DNA of 64,000 nucleotides from Halorarum halobium (GCF_032116555.1 NZ_CP134949.1:3100001-3164000); one strand, 5' to 3'. Counted from the first letter of the stretch, positions 48,529 to 61,985 are shown. Made by a program: numbers and translations. Notes: generated by a model from the letters alone, not told the origin.

Positions 48529-49815
48529 TCAGGACACCTCCGCGATGGCGCGGTCGAGGTCGGCGACGACGTCCTCGGGGTCCTCGATGCCGACCGAGAG
48601 CCGGAGGAGGTCCGGGCTGACGCCCGCGGCCCGCTGTTCCTCCTCGGTGAGCTGTGCGTGGGTCGTGCTCGCAGGGTGGATGAGGAGGCTGCGCGCATCG
48701 CCGATGTTGGCGAGAAAGGAGATCAGGTCAACTTCCTCGCAGAGCCGTTTCCCCGCCTCGAACCCGCCGTCCAGCCCGAACACGACCATGCCGCCGAAGT
48801 CGTCGAGGTAGCGGGCGGCGTGGTCGTGGGTCGGGTGCTCCGCGAAACCCGGGTACGTGACCCACGCCACGTCCGGGTGGTCCCGGAGGTGTTCGGCGAC
48901 GACGCGGGCGTTCTCGCAGTGGCGCTCCATCCGCAGCGGGAGCGTCGAGAGCCCCTGGAGCGTCTGCCACGCGTCGAATGGCGACTGGCAGTTGCCGAGC
49001 GCGCGGACCGCCCGGTGGCGGACGACCTGCGCGAACGCCCGCTCGCCGTACCGCTCGGCGAAGTCGACGCCGAAGGCGGGGTTCTCCCCCGAGAGCTCCT
49101 CGTAGTCGGCGTCCGGGTGGTCCCACGGGAACGTCCCGCCGTCGACGAGGACGCCCCCGACCGTCGTGCCCGCGCCGTGGATCCACTTCGTCGTCGAGTT
49201 CCAGACGACGTCCGCGCCGTGTTCGATCGGGGTACAGAGCGCGGGCGTGCCGAACGTGTTGTCGACGACGAGCGGGACGGCGTGCTCGTGGGCCACGTCG
49301 GCGATCGCCTCGAAGTCGGGCGTGACCAGCGACGGGTTCGCGACGGTCTCGACGTGGACGAACGCCGTGTCCTCGTCGACCGCCTCGGCGTAGGCGTCGA
49401 CGTCGGTCGTCGGCACCGTCCGGAGATCGACGCCGCGCCGACTGGCCATGTGGATGAAGTAGGCGCTCGTGCCGCCGTACATGTCGCTGCTGGCGACGAC
49501 GTTCTCGCCCGCCCGGGCGAGCACGCTCGTCGCGGCGTCGACGGCGGCCATCCCCGAGGCGGTGGCGACCGCGTCGACCCCGCCCTCGAGGCTCGCGAGT
49601 CGCTCCTCCAGTACCCGCGTCGTCGGGTTCGAGATGCGTGTGTACACGTCGCCCTCCCGCTCCAGGGCGTACAGGTCAGCGGCCGTGTCGGCGTCCGTGA
49701 AGGCGTACGAGGTCGTCTGGTAGATGGGCGGTGCCCGGGCGCCCGTCTCGGGATCCCCGTCCCACCCGGCGTGGAGCGCTCGGGTGCGGGGGCCGCGTCC
49801 GTCCTCGTCGGTCAT
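48529..49815 (-). CDS. metY: O-acetylhomoserine/O-acetylserine sulfhydrylase
   Basis: PIYQTTSY, YTRISNPT, VVDNTF, STTKWIHG (PLP Lys), LANIGDARSLLIHPASTTH. Confidence 0.94.
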   Translation of the reverse strand: MTDEDGRGPRTRALHAGWDGDPETGARAPPIYQTTSYAFTDADTAADLYALEREGDVYTRISNPTTRVLEERLASLEGGVDAVATASGMAAVDAATSVLARAGENVVASSDMYGGTSAYFIHMASRRGVDLRTVPTTDVDAYAEAVDEDTAFVHVETVANPSLVTPDFEAIADVAHEHAVPLVVDNTFGTPALCTPIEHGADVVWNSTTKWIHGAGTTVGGVLVDGGTFPWDHPDADYEELSGENPAFGVDFAERYGERAFAQVVRHRAVRALGNCQSPFDAWQTLQGLSTLPLRMERHCENARVVAEHLRDHPDVAWVTYPGFAEHPTHDHAARYLDDFGGMVVFGLDGGFEAGKRLCEEVDLISFLANIGDARSLLIHPASTTHAQLTEEEQRAAGVSPDLLRLSVGIEDPEDVVADLDRAIAEVS

Positions 49816-49925
49816 GTGCTAAACGAATAATTCTCCGTGGGGATATGCACGTCAGTTACGGCAAGTGGTGCCGCGGACGGGGCGGTCCCAAAACCCTTTA
49901 TTGTGGACCGGGGGAAGCGGAGCCT

Positions 49926-50861
49926 ATGCCAGCCATCGAGCTGCGGGGGGTCACGAAGCGGTACGGCGACGTGGTCGCCGTCCGCGATCTCGATCTCACG
50001 GTCGAGGAGGGGACCGTCTACGGCTTTCTGGGCCCGAACGGCGCGGGGAAATCGACGACCATCAACATGGTGCTCGACTTCGTCCGCCCGACGGAGGGGA
50101 GCGTCGAGGTGCTCTCCCGGGACGCCCAGGCCGAGTCGGTCGCCGTCCGCCGCCGGACCGGCGTCCTCCCCGAGGGGTACGACGTGTACGACCGGCTCAC
50201 CGGCCGGAAGCACGTCGAGTTCGCCATGCGCTCGAAGGGCGTCGAGGGGGACCCGGAGAGCCTGCTCGAACGGGTCGGCATCGCCGACGCGGCCGACCGG
50301 AAGGCCGGCGGCTACTCGAAGGGGATGTGCCAGCGCCTCGCGCTCGGCATGGCGCTCGTGGGCGAGCCGGAACTGCTCATCCTCGACGAGCCGTCCTCGG
50401 GGCTCGACCCCGCGGGGGCCAAGGAGATGCGCGACATCGTCCGAACGGAGGCCGACCGCGGCGCGACGGTGTTCTTCTCCAGCCACGTGCTCGGACAGGT
50501 CGAGGCGGTCTGTGACCGCGTCGGCATCCTGCGCGAGGGCGAACTCGTCGCCGAGGACAGCATCGACGGCCTCCGCGACGCCGTCGGCGGCGAGGAGCAG
50601 CTCGTCGTCACCGTCGACGCGGCGAGCGAGGACGACGTCGAGTCGCTCCGCGCGCTCGACGGCGTCTCCTCGGCCAGCACCGACGGCGGCACCGTCACGG
50701 TGTCGTGTTCCAGCGACGCGAAGACGGCCGTCATCTCCACGCTGGAGGGCGAGGGCGTCGCCGTGAAGGACTTCTCCACCGAGGAGGCGTCCCTGGAGGA
50801 CCTGTTCCTCCACTACGCGGAGGGACGTGACGTCGCCGAAACCGGGGAGGTTTCCGCATGA
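49926..50861 (+). CDS. ABC-2 type transporter ATP-binding protein
   Basis: GPNGAGKST, YSKGM, LILDEP, SSH; ATG at 49926. Confidence 0.95.
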   Translation: MPAIELRGVTKRYGDVVAVRDLDLTVEEGTVYGFLGPNGAGKSTTINMVLDFVRPTEGSVEVLSRDAQAESVAVRRRTGVLPEGYDVYDRLTGRKHVEFAMRSKGVEGDPESLLERVGIADAADRKAGGYSKGMCQRLALGMALVGEPELLILDEPSSGLDPAGAKEMRDIVRTEADRGATVFFSSHVLGQVEAVCDRVGILREGELVAEDSIDGLRDAVGGEEQLVVTVDAASEDDVESLRALDGVSSASTDGGTVTVSCSSDAKTAVISTLEGEGVAVKDFSTEEASLEDLFLHYAEGRDVAETGEVSA

Positions 50862-51694
50862 GCCTGGGGGCCGTCGCGCGCAAGGACTTCGAGGACGCGG
50901 TGCGGTCGCGCTGGCTGCTCGCGCTCTCGGCGCTGTTCGTCGTGCTCGTCTCGCTGGCCGTGTATCTCATCCGCCCCGCGGCGGGCCAGACCGCCCCCTC
51001 GAACGCGGTGTTGAACTACATCCTCGTCAAGGACGGCCTGGTCACGACGCTCATCCCGCTCATCGCGCTCGTCGTCTCCTACTCGGCCGTGGTCGGCGAG
51101 CGCGACTCGGGCTCGCTGAAGCTACTGCTCTCGCTGCCGCATTCGCGGGCAGAGGTCGTGTTCGGCAAGGTGCTCGGCCGCTCGGGAGCCATCTCGGTGC
51201 CGGTGCTCGTCGGCTTCCTCCTTCCGGGGTTCCTGCTCGTCGTGGTCCCCGGCGTCCGGTTCCTCCCCGGCTACTACGTCGGCTACACGCTGCTCACGGC
51301 GCTGCTGGCGGCCGTGTTCGTCGCCATCGCCGTCGGGTTCTCGGCGGCGATGTCGTCCCAGCGGCTCGCGGTCGGGGGGGCGGTCGGCATCTACTTCCTG
51401 TTCGTCCCGCTGTGGGGCGTCATCCAGTTCCCGCTCCGGCTCTATCTGGGCGTCGGCGGCGGTCCGAGCTGGCTCCCGGTCTCCGGGACGGGCCTACTCA
51501 ACTTCCTCCAGCTGCTCAACCCGACCGGCTCGTTCAAGATCGTGGTGAACGCGTTCATGGCCGGCTCGCTGTTCACGAGCGCGCAGGGCGTCCGTCCCGT
51601 CGACATGCAGATCGCCGCGGTCGTGATGCTCGTCGCCTGGCTGCTCGTGCCGCCGCTGCTGGGGCTGTGGCAGTTCGAACGGGCCGACCTCTGA
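50858..51694 (+). CDS. ABC-2 type (NosY-like) permease
   Basis: Six TM helices; GERDSGSLKLLLSLPHSR.EVVFGK; ends FERADL; ATGA overlap with the ATPase gene. Confidence 0.92.
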   Translation: MSLGAVARKDFEDAVRSRWLLALSALFVVLVSLAVYLIRPAAGQTAPSNAVLNYILVKDGLVTTLIPLIALVVSYSAVVGERDSGSLKLLLSLPHSRAEVVFGKVLGRSGAISVPVLVGFLLPGFLLVVVPGVRFLPGYYVGYTLLTALLAAVFVAIAVGFSAAMSSQRLAVGGAVGIYFLFVPLWGVIQFPLRLYLGVGGGPSWLPVSGTGLLNFLQLLNPTGSFKIVVNAFMAGSLFTSAQGVRPVDMQIAAVVMLVAWLLVPPLLGLWQFERADL

Positions 51695-51789
51695 TCGGCT
51701 TCTCTCCGGCGACTTTTCGCTGGTCGCAGTTGAGCGTTCAGTCTCCGCGAACGGGTCGAGAGTCTCCGTGACTCCCGGCTCAGCCGCTG

Positions 51790-52060
51790 GTTCGGTCGTC
51801 GCTTCGACTGCCTCGAAAGCCCCCGCGATGCTCGACTCGGTGGGGCCGCCGTCGTTCGAAGATCGAAGGTTTTCGTGATGCTGTCGGATTCCGTCGGGAT
51901 CCGACCGTCGACGGGAAACCGACGGGTTCCCGTACTGACGAACGGCGCTCGCGCCGTTCGAACCACGCTCCTCGGCTCACTCACGTCGCTCGTTCGCCCG
52001 CGGTGCTCGTCCCTCGCGCGCGTCTGCTCGCCCCTCCGGGGCTCGCCGTCACGCGCGCCG
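51790..52060. repeat. Modular palindromic interspersed repeat, copy C (inverted relative to A)
   Basis: 51851-51880 matches the reverse complement of 8779-8808 (28/30). 52002-52059 matches the reverse complement of 20370-20427 (55/58). TCGAAAGCCCC at 51813. Several private hairpins. Confidence 0.87.
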
Positions 52061-52068
52061 GAGCCGAC

Positions 52069-55546
<3,478 letters not shown>

Positions 55547-55567
55547 CGGGGCCCGTTCTCGACGCCC

Positions 55568-56227
55568 TTACCGTTCGGTTCCCGCGTCGGCGGCCAGTAA
55601 CCCCTCCGCCTCCAGCACCTCGGCCAGTTCGGCCATCGACTCCACGAGGAGGTCGCAGGCCGGTTCCACGGCCGGCTTCGGCTCGTAGCCGACGGCCAGC
55701 CCGGCGACCTCCAGCATCGGCAGGTCGTTCGCGCCGTCGCCGACCGCCAGGGTTCGTGCGAGCGGGACCGACCGGTCCGCGGCCAGCCGCTCCAGCTGCT
55801 CGTCCTTCGTGCCCTCGATCAGCGGCCCCTCGACCTCGCCGGTGAGGCGGCCGCCCGAGACCGGCAGGCGGTTGGCGACGATCTCGTCGACCTCGACCCC
55901 TTCGCGCTCGAGCGCGCGCGCGACGCCGCGCTCGAAGCCGCCGGTGAGGATGGCGACGTAGTGGCCGCGCTCGCGGAGGCGCTCGATGACGTCGGCCGCG
56001 CCGGGTCGCAGGCGGACCTCGCCGAAGGCCGCCTCCGCGAGGTCGTCATCGAGGCCGTCGAGGAGGCCGGCGCGCTTCCGGAGGCTCTCGGCGTAGCTGA
56101 TCTCGTCGTTCATCGCCCGCTCGGTGATCTCGGCCATGTCGGCAGCCACTCCCTCCTCGTCGCCCAGCAGGACCGTCATCTCCGAGTCCGAGAGCGTCCC
56201 GTCGAAGTCGAACGCGACGACGTGCAT
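55568..56227 (-). CDS. serB: Phosphoserine phosphatase (HAD)
   Basis: FDFDGTL, ITERAMN, SLRKR, TGGF, VGDGANDLPM; ATG at 56227. Confidence 0.95.
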   Translation of the reverse strand: MHVVAFDFDGTLSDSEMTVLLGDEEGVAADMAEITERAMNDEISYAESLRKRAGLLDGLDDDLAEAAFGEVRLRPGAADVIERLRERGHYVAILTGGFERGVARALEREGVEVDEIVANRLPVSGGRLTGEVEGPLIEGTKDEQLERLAADRSVPLARTLAVGDGANDLPMLEVAGLAVGYEPKPAVEPACDLLVESMAELAEVLEAEGLLAADAGTER

Positions 56228-56688
56228 GGGAGGTGGTTGGGGCTGTGTGGCTTGAACTTCGTGGTCTTGGCCATTCTTCCTGGTCGTCTCGTGCGCTGGC
56301 GTGGTTCGTGTGACCGGTAGTCGTCGCATCGTCTCGGACATCGCCGCTCGCGTCGAACTCGGCGCGCTCGTTCGGATCGCCTCGAAAGCCCCCGATGTGG
56401 TTCGTACCGAGACTAGTCCAGTCGTCGCCTCGTCCGCGAAGACGGCAGTAACAAAGCGTGTGTCCGCCTCCACGGACGACGGCAAACGACCCCGCCAGCG
56501 CCGTCGAAGTACCTCCGAACCGATCACGGTCGGAAGACGAATCGGGCTAATAACCGCGCCGAACCGCCCAAAACTCCACCCGAAACGAAGGGGTTAGCAG
56601 ACGGCTAACAGGTCGGGGACCGGCGACCACCAGGGCGAGTTCCGCCGACGGAGAAAGGCTTACCCTCGCGCCGGAGTTCCCTCGGTGC

Positions 56689-58275
56689 ATGAAGGTACTC
56701 GTCAGCGACCCGGTCGCCGACGCCGGGATCGAACTGCTGCGGGAGGCGGGCCACGAGGTCGAGACGGGCTACGACCTCGCGGGCGACGCGCTCCTCGACG
56801 CCGTCGCGGACGCGAACGCGCTCATCGTGCGCTCCGGGACGGAGGTCGACCGCGCGCTGTTCGAGGCCGCACCCGACCTCGTCATCGTCGGCCGGGCCGG
56901 CGTCGGCGTCGACAACATCGACATCGACGCGGCGACCGATCACGGCGTCATCGTCGCCAACGCCCCGCAGGGGAACATCCGCGCCGCCGCCGAACACACC
57001 GTCGCGATGGCGTTCGCCGTCGCGCGCTCCATCCCGCAGGCCCACACCCGGCTGAAGGACGGCGAGTGGGCGAAGGGCGACTACCTCGGGCGCGAACTGA
57101 ACAACAAGACGCTCGGCATCGTCGGCCTCGGCCGGGTCGGCCAGGAGGTCGCAAAGCGGCTCGACTCCTTCGGGATGGACCTCATCGTGTTCGACCCGTA
57201 CGTCTCCGAGGAGCGCGCGGAGCAGTTCGGCGCCGAACTCGTCGAGGACCTGGACGACTGTCTCGCCCGCGCGGACTTCGCCACCATCCACACCCCGCTG
57301 CTCCCCGAGACCGAGGGGATGATCGGCGCGGCGGAGCTGGACGCGCTGGGCGACGGCTACCTCATCAACGTCGCCCGCGGCGGCCTCGTCGACGAGGACG
57401 CGCTGGCCGAGGCCGTGGGGGACGGTTCCGTCCGGGGCGCCGCCCTCGACGTGTTCGCCGAGGAGCCGCTACCGGCCGACTCGCCGCTGCTCGACGTGGA
57501 CGAGGTCATCGTCACGCCCCACCTGGGCGCCTCGACCGAGGCCGCACAGGAGAACGTCGCCATCGACGCCGCCAGACAGGTGCTCGCGGCGTTCAACGAG
57601 GAGCCGGTGATGAGCGCGCTGAACGCCCCGTCGATGGACGAGTCGGCGTTCCCGCGCGTCGAGCCGTACATCGACGTCGCCGAGACGGCCGGCCGCATCG
57701 CGGCCCAGCTGCTCGGCGAGCGCATCTCCTCGGTCGAGGTCACCTACGAGGGCGACATCGCCGAGGAGGAGGTCGACCTCGTCACCGCCTCCGCGCTGAA
57801 GGGCGTGTTCTCCCAGCTCGAGTACGAGGTGAACGCCGTCAACGCGCCCCAGCTCGCGGAGGACCGCGGCATCGACGTGACCGAGAGCAAGACCCGCCAG
57901 ACCGAGGACTTCCAGAGCCTCGTCACCGTCACCGTCGAGGACGGCGACACGTCGATGTCGGTCGACGGGACGCTGTTCGCGGGCGACGACCCGCGCATCG
58001 TCCGCATCGACGACTACCGCGTCGACGCCCGACCGTACGGCCACATGCTCGTCGCGCGCAACCGCGACGAACCCGGCGTCATCGGCCTCATCGGCACCGT
58101 ACTCGGCGACGCCGGCGTCAACATCGCGGGGATGTTCAACGCCCGCGAGACCATCGGCGGCGAGGCGATTACCGTCTACAACCTCGACGGCGCGGTGCCC
58201 GAGGAGACGCTCGAGCGGCTCCTGTCCGACGACCGCATCATCGAGGTGACTGCGATCACCCTGGACGGGACGTAG
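56689..58275 (+). CDS. serA: D-3-phosphoglycerate dehydrogenase (long form with ACT domain)
   Basis: RAGVGVDNID, AAAEHT, GLGRVG, INVARGG, TPHLGASTEAAQ, C-terminal RDEPGVIG ACT domain. Confidence 0.97.
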   Translation: MKVLVSDPVADAGIELLREAGHEVETGYDLAGDALLDAVADANALIVRSGTEVDRALFEAAPDLVIVGRAGVGVDNIDIDAATDHGVIVANAPQGNIRAAAEHTVAMAFAVARSIPQAHTRLKDGEWAKGDYLGRELNNKTLGIVGLGRVGQEVAKRLDSFGMDLIVFDPYVSEERAEQFGAELVEDLDDCLARADFATIHTPLLPETEGMIGAAELDALGDGYLINVARGGLVDEDALAEAVGDGSVRGAALDVFAEEPLPADSPLLDVDEVIVTPHLGASTEAAQENVAIDAARQVLAAFNEEPVMSALNAPSMDESAFPRVEPYIDVAETAGRIAAQLLGERISSVEVTYEGDIAEEEVDLVTASALKGVFSQLEYEVNAVNAPQLAEDRGIDVTESKTRQTEDFQSLVTVTVEDGDTSMSVDGTLFAGDDPRIVRIDDYRVDARPYGHMLVARNRDEPGVIGLIGTVLGDAGVNIAGMFNARETIGGEAITVYNLDGAVPEETLERLLSDDRIIEVTAITLDGT

Positions 58276-58301
58276 CTCCGGCGTCGTCGCCCCGGCGGGG
58301 C

Positions 58302-59261
58302 TCAGTCGTCGGTCGAACCGCCGTCGGCGACGGCGGTTTCGGTGACGTCGTTGATGGTGTCGACGTGGTCGTCGGCGTCCCGGATCGCGTCCGACTGCTC
58401 GCGCACGGCGGCGTCGATCTCGCGGGCCTCCGTCAGGATGCGGTCCGCGTTCTCGGCCGTCTGGTCGACCATCGCGGAGATCTCCTCGGCGCTCGCGGCC
58501 TGCTGGTCGGTCGCGGTCGCCACCTGCGTCACGCCCACGTCGAGCTCCTCGACCGAGTCGGAGATGTCCTCGAGGTTCTCCATCGCGTTGTCCACCTCGT
58601 CGATGCCTTCACGAACCTTCCCGTCGCTCTCGTCGAGCGCGTCGACCGCCGAGGACGTGTCGGACTTGATGCCGTCGAGCGTCGCCTCGATGTCGGCCGC
58701 GCGCTGCTGTGACTCCTCCGCGAGCCCCTTGATCTCCTCTGCGACCACCGAGAAGCCCGCACCCGCCTCGCCCGCGCGGGCGGCCTCGATCGAGGCGTTG
58801 AGCGCGAGCAGGTTCGTCTGGTCGGCGATGTCGTTGATCACGTCGATGATGACGTCGATCTCGTCGACGCCGTCGTCGATCTTCCTGACGCGATCGGAGA
58901 CGGTGTCGGAGGCGTCCCGGACCTCCCCCATGGCGTCGATGACCTTCCGGGCCGACCGGCGGCCCTCGCCCGCGAGGTCGCTCACCTCCTGGCTCTCGGC
59001 GGCGACTTCCTCGGCCGAGGAGGCGACCTCCTCGACCGCGGCGCTCATGTCCGTGACCTCCGAGCGCACCTCGCCCATCCCCTCGCTCTGTTCACGGCTG
59101 AGTTCGACGATCTCGTCGGTCCGTCCGGCGATCTCCTCGGACGTGCCCTGAAGCTCCGCCAGCGCGTCCGACACCTCGTCCTCGACGTCGTCCAGTTCGT
59201 TCTCGATGTCCGATGCGACCGCCGGCCCGTCGTCCGCGTTCGGTGATGACACTGTCTTCAC
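58302..59261 (-). CDS. Soluble methyl-accepting transducer consisting almost only of the signalling domain
   Basis: IADQTNLLALNASIEAARAGEAGAGFSVVAEEIKGLA; no TM or sensor domain; start codon uncertain. Confidence 0.87.
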   Translation of the reverse strand: MKTVSSPNADDGPAVASDIENELDDVEDEVSDALAELQGTSEEIAGRTDEIVELSREQSEGMGEVRSEVTDMSAAVEEVASSAEEVAAESQEVSDLAGEGRRSARKVIDAMGEVRDASDTVSDRVRKIDDGVDEIDVIIDVINDIADQTNLLALNASIEAARAGEAGAGFSVVAEEIKGLAEESQQRAADIEATLDGIKSDTSSAVDALDESDGKVREGIDEVDNAMENLEDISDSVEELDVGVTQVATATDQQAASAEEISAMVDQTAENADRILTEAREIDAAVREQSDAIRDADDHVDTINDVTETAVADGGSTDD

Positions 59262-59396
59262 CGAGGGCGACCTGGCATATGAGAACTCGGCCCCGATTAC
59301 AGATCCTGGTATTTTCCCGACCGATTCGAACGCGTTCCGAACGGTCGGATCGGCCCACGACGGGCCGGGACCGGATGCGTCGGGGTGCCCGGGGAC

Positions 59397-59846
59397 TCAC
59401 CGGAGCCAGTCGCGCAGTTTCCCGATCCACGACCGGTTCCCGGACGGCGAGGACGCGCCCGCGGTGTCGTTCTCGCCCTCGGCGTCCGTGCGGTCCCCCT
59501 CGTGAGCGTCCGCGAGCAGCGCCTCGTATCGCGTGATGATGTGCTGGCGCTCCCGGTCCCGGGCGACCAGTTGCCGCCTGAGCCGGGCGTTCTCCCGCCT
59601 GAGCCGGGCGACCTCCGGGGCGTCCGCGCCGCCGTACGTCTCCCCCGCCTCGCGCCGCAGGTCGCCGTCCGTTTCCTCGTCGCTCCGCCGCTCATCGCCG
59701 TCAGTCGTCTCGCCGTCTCGCGCTTTTCTCCACCGGGGTCCGTCGGCACGCACCCCGGCCCGTGCGCGTCCGGCCTCGGAGGACGTCACGCCCGTCGGCG
59801 TGTCGGGGACCTGTCCGTCGCTTGCGCGTCGCGCGTCCACCACCAT
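59397..59846 (-). CDS. Hypothetical coiled-coil protein
   Basis: EVARLRRENARLRRQL...IITRYEALL and an amphipathic C-terminus WIGKLRDWLR; ATG at 59846. Confidence 0.68.
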   Translation of the reverse strand: MVVDARRASDGQVPDTPTGVTSSEAGRARAGVRADGPRWRKARDGETTDGDERRSDEETDGDLRREAGETYGGADAPEVARLRRENARLRRQLVARDRERQHIITRYEALLADAHEGDRTDAEGENDTAGASSPSGNRSWIGKLRDWLR

Positions 59847-60005
59847 GGAACGGTCTAGCACGCGCGGGTGGAAAAACACCCGTCGGACGGACGGGTCACG
59901 CGTCGGACGGGTGGGTCACGCCCGGGTGACGGCCCGGCAACGCGCGAGGACGGCCGCCGATTCGGCCGATCGCTGACCAGGCCGATCGCTGGCCCGGCCG
60001 ACCCG

Positions 60006-61265
60006 TCACTCCAGCAGCGCCCGGACCGCCTCGACGTCGTTCGCCACGGGTTCGGGGTCCTCGCCCGCCGCGAACGCCGCGTCGGGGTCCTTCAGCAGGT
60101 GGCCGGTCGTGAGACAGACCACGTCCTCGTCGACGGCGACGACGCCCCGCTCGCGGAGCTTCCGAAGCCCTGCGACCGAGGCCGCCGAGGCCGGTTCGAC
60201 GCCGACGCCCTCGCCGGCGAGCGCGCGCTGAGCGTCGGTGATCTCCGCGTCACTGACGGCGACGGCGGTGCCGCCGGTCTCGCGGATGCCCGGGAGCGCC
60301 TTCGGCGCGTTCACCGGGTTGCCGATGCGAATGGCGGTCGCGCGCGTCTCCACCTCGTCCCAGCGCTCGACCTCGTCGGCGCCGGACTCGACCGCCTCGA
60401 CCATCGGCGCGGCGCCCTCGGCCTGGACGCCGGTCAGCGCCGGCACCTCCCCGGGCGCGAGTTCACCAGCGGTCACGAGTTCACGGAACGCCTTGAACAG
60501 CGCGGCCGTGTTGCCGGCGTTGCCGACGGGGAGGACGATCCGGTCCGGGAACGCCCCGTAGTCGGCGTAGAAGCGCTCCAGGATCTCGAAGCCGATCGTC
60601 TTCTGACCCTCCAGCCGGAAGGGGTTGAGCGAGTTCAGGAGGTAGACGTCGCCGTCGGCCGCGAGCGCCTGGACGATGTCGAGGCAGGCGTCGAAGTTGC
60701 CGTCGACTTCGAGGATCCGGGCGTCGTGGAGGCTGGCCTGTGCGATCTTCCCGGCCGCGACCTTGCCCGACGGGAGCAGCACGAGCGTCTCCATGCCGGC
60801 GCGGGCGCCGTAGGCCGCGAGCGCCGCGGAGGTGTTGCCCGTCGAGGCACACGCGAGGCGCTCGACGCCGAGTTCGCGGGCGACGCGGACGCCGACGGTC
60901 ATCCCGCGGTCCTTGAACGAGCCGGTGGGGTTCATCCCCTCGTGTTTCACCCGCAGGCGGTTCACGCCGACCGACTCGCGGAGCCGCGGCACCTCGTGGA
61001 GCGGCGTGTTCCCCTCGGGGAGCGAGACGCCTTCCTCGAAGGGGAGCGCCGCCGAATACCGCCAGACGCCCTCACCCGAGAAGTCCTCGAACGTCGGGAG
61101 GTCGGCGTAGCGGGCCTCCAGCAGGCCGTCGCAGTCGTCGCAGGTGTACCGGATGGCGTCGAACGGCGCGAACTGCTCGCCGCAGGCGATACACTCCAGC
61201 CAGGTGCCGGCGGCGGCCGCCGGCGGGGCCGACTGGGCGGGCGCGTCGAGGACGAGGTCGGTCAT
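60006..61265 (-). CDS. thrC: Threonine synthase
   Basis: N-terminal Cys pairs, EGNTPL, NPTGSFKDRG, CASTGNTS, PVGNAGN, EPASA, LTTGHLLKD. Confidence 0.96.
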   Translation of the reverse strand: MTDLVLDAPAQSAPPAAAAGTWLECIACGEQFAPFDAIRYTCDDCDGLLEARYADLPTFEDFSGEGVWRYSAALPFEEGVSLPEGNTPLHEVPRLRESVGVNRLRVKHEGMNPTGSFKDRGMTVGVRVARELGVERLACASTGNTSAALAAYGARAGMETLVLLPSGKVAAGKIAQASLHDARILEVDGNFDACLDIVQALAADGDVYLLNSLNPFRLEGQKTIGFEILERFYADYGAFPDRIVLPVGNAGNTAALFKAFRELVTAGELAPGEVPALTGVQAEGAAPMVEAVESGADEVERWDEVETRATAIRIGNPVNAPKALPGIRETGGTAVAVSDAEITDAQRALAGEGVGVEPASAASVAGLRKLRERGVVAVDEDVVCLTTGHLLKDPDAAFAAGEDPEPVANDVEAVRALLE

Positions 61266-61311
61266 TGCCGGTGTGTCGGCCTCGGCAGTGAAAAGTCGGC
61301 GGATTGTGGCG

Positions 61312-61378
61312 GGTAGTGCCGAGCGGCAGTCGGAGGCCGCGAGGCGAGGTAGTGCCGAGCGGCAGTCGGAGGCCGCGA
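61312..61378. repeat. Perfect 31-bp direct repeat, two copies (36-bp period)
   Basis: GGTAGTGCCGAGCGGCAGTCGGAGGCCGCGA at 61312-61342 and 61348-61378. Confidence 0.9.
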
Positions 61379-61380
61379 AC

Positions 61381-61575
61381 TCACTCCTCGGGGTCGAACA
61401 CGTCCTCGATGCGGCAGCCGAAGTGGTCCGCGAGCGCGAACGCCAGTTCCAGCGACGGGTCGTACCGCTCGCGCTCGATCGAGTTGATGGTCTGTCTCGT
61501 CACGTCGACGGCGGCCGCCAGGTCGGCCTGGCTCAGCCCCTCCCGTTCCCGGCGTTCCCGGAGGTCGTTCCTCAT
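61381..61575 (-). CDS. XRE/Cro-family HTH regulator (64 aa)
   Basis: MRNDLRERRE..GLSQADLAAAVDVTRQTINSIERERYDPSLELAF. Confidence 0.93.
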   Translation of the reverse strand: MRNDLRERREREGLSQADLAAAVDVTRQTINSIERERYDPSLELAFALADHFGCRIEDVFDPEE

Positions 61576-61985
61576 GACCGATACCTGAACACGACGTAGA
61601 TGCCTCCCCACGTCAGACAGATGACCGCGTAGGCGTACAGCAGCGTCTCGGCCCGCGCCGTCATCGTGTACTGGCTGGTCGCCTCGAGGAGGAACATCGC
61701 GACGAAGACGACGAGCCCGAGATAGCCGAACAGCTGGAACGTGACGTCGCTCGCGCGGCGGCCGATCTCGCGCTCGCGCTCGTCCTGGAGTTCGATCTCG
61801 CTGCCGAACTGCAGGAACAGCGTCAACGCCAGCGCGCCGACGGCCGTGACCGCGTACACGACGAGCCCCGCGAGCGAGTAGTCGAGGAACATCCCCCCGA
61901 GGAGGCTCGCGATGCCGACGCCGATGAGGGCGTAGATGATCCGCCTGTACCGTCGTCCGCTCTGGATCGGCCGTGTGGTCGTCAT
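61572..61985 (-). CDS. Four-TM membrane protein of the type usually paired with XRE regulators
   Basis: Four TM helices with a central DERERE motif; ATGA overlap with the XRE gene. Confidence 0.85.
   Translation of the reverse strand: MTTTRPIQSGRRYRRIIYALIGVGIASLLGGMFLDYSLAGLVVYAVTAVGALALTLFLQFGSEIELQDEREREIGRRASDVTFQLFGYLGLVVFVAMFLLEATSQYTMTARAETLLYAYAVICLTWGGIYVVFRYRS

Noticed and set aside
49816..49925. Met-rich leader or riboswitch upstream of metY
   Set aside because: Only a 110-bp divergent promoter region; no uORF or recognisable aptamer.
56228..56688. Ser-rich leader peptide between serB and serA
   Set aside because: No convincing short ORF with a promoter; only a repeat remnant (CTCGAAAGCCCC) and weak imperfect repeats.
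61312..61378. Possible mini CRISPR array
   Set aside because: Only two copies with a 5-bp gap, and no cas genes or leader.
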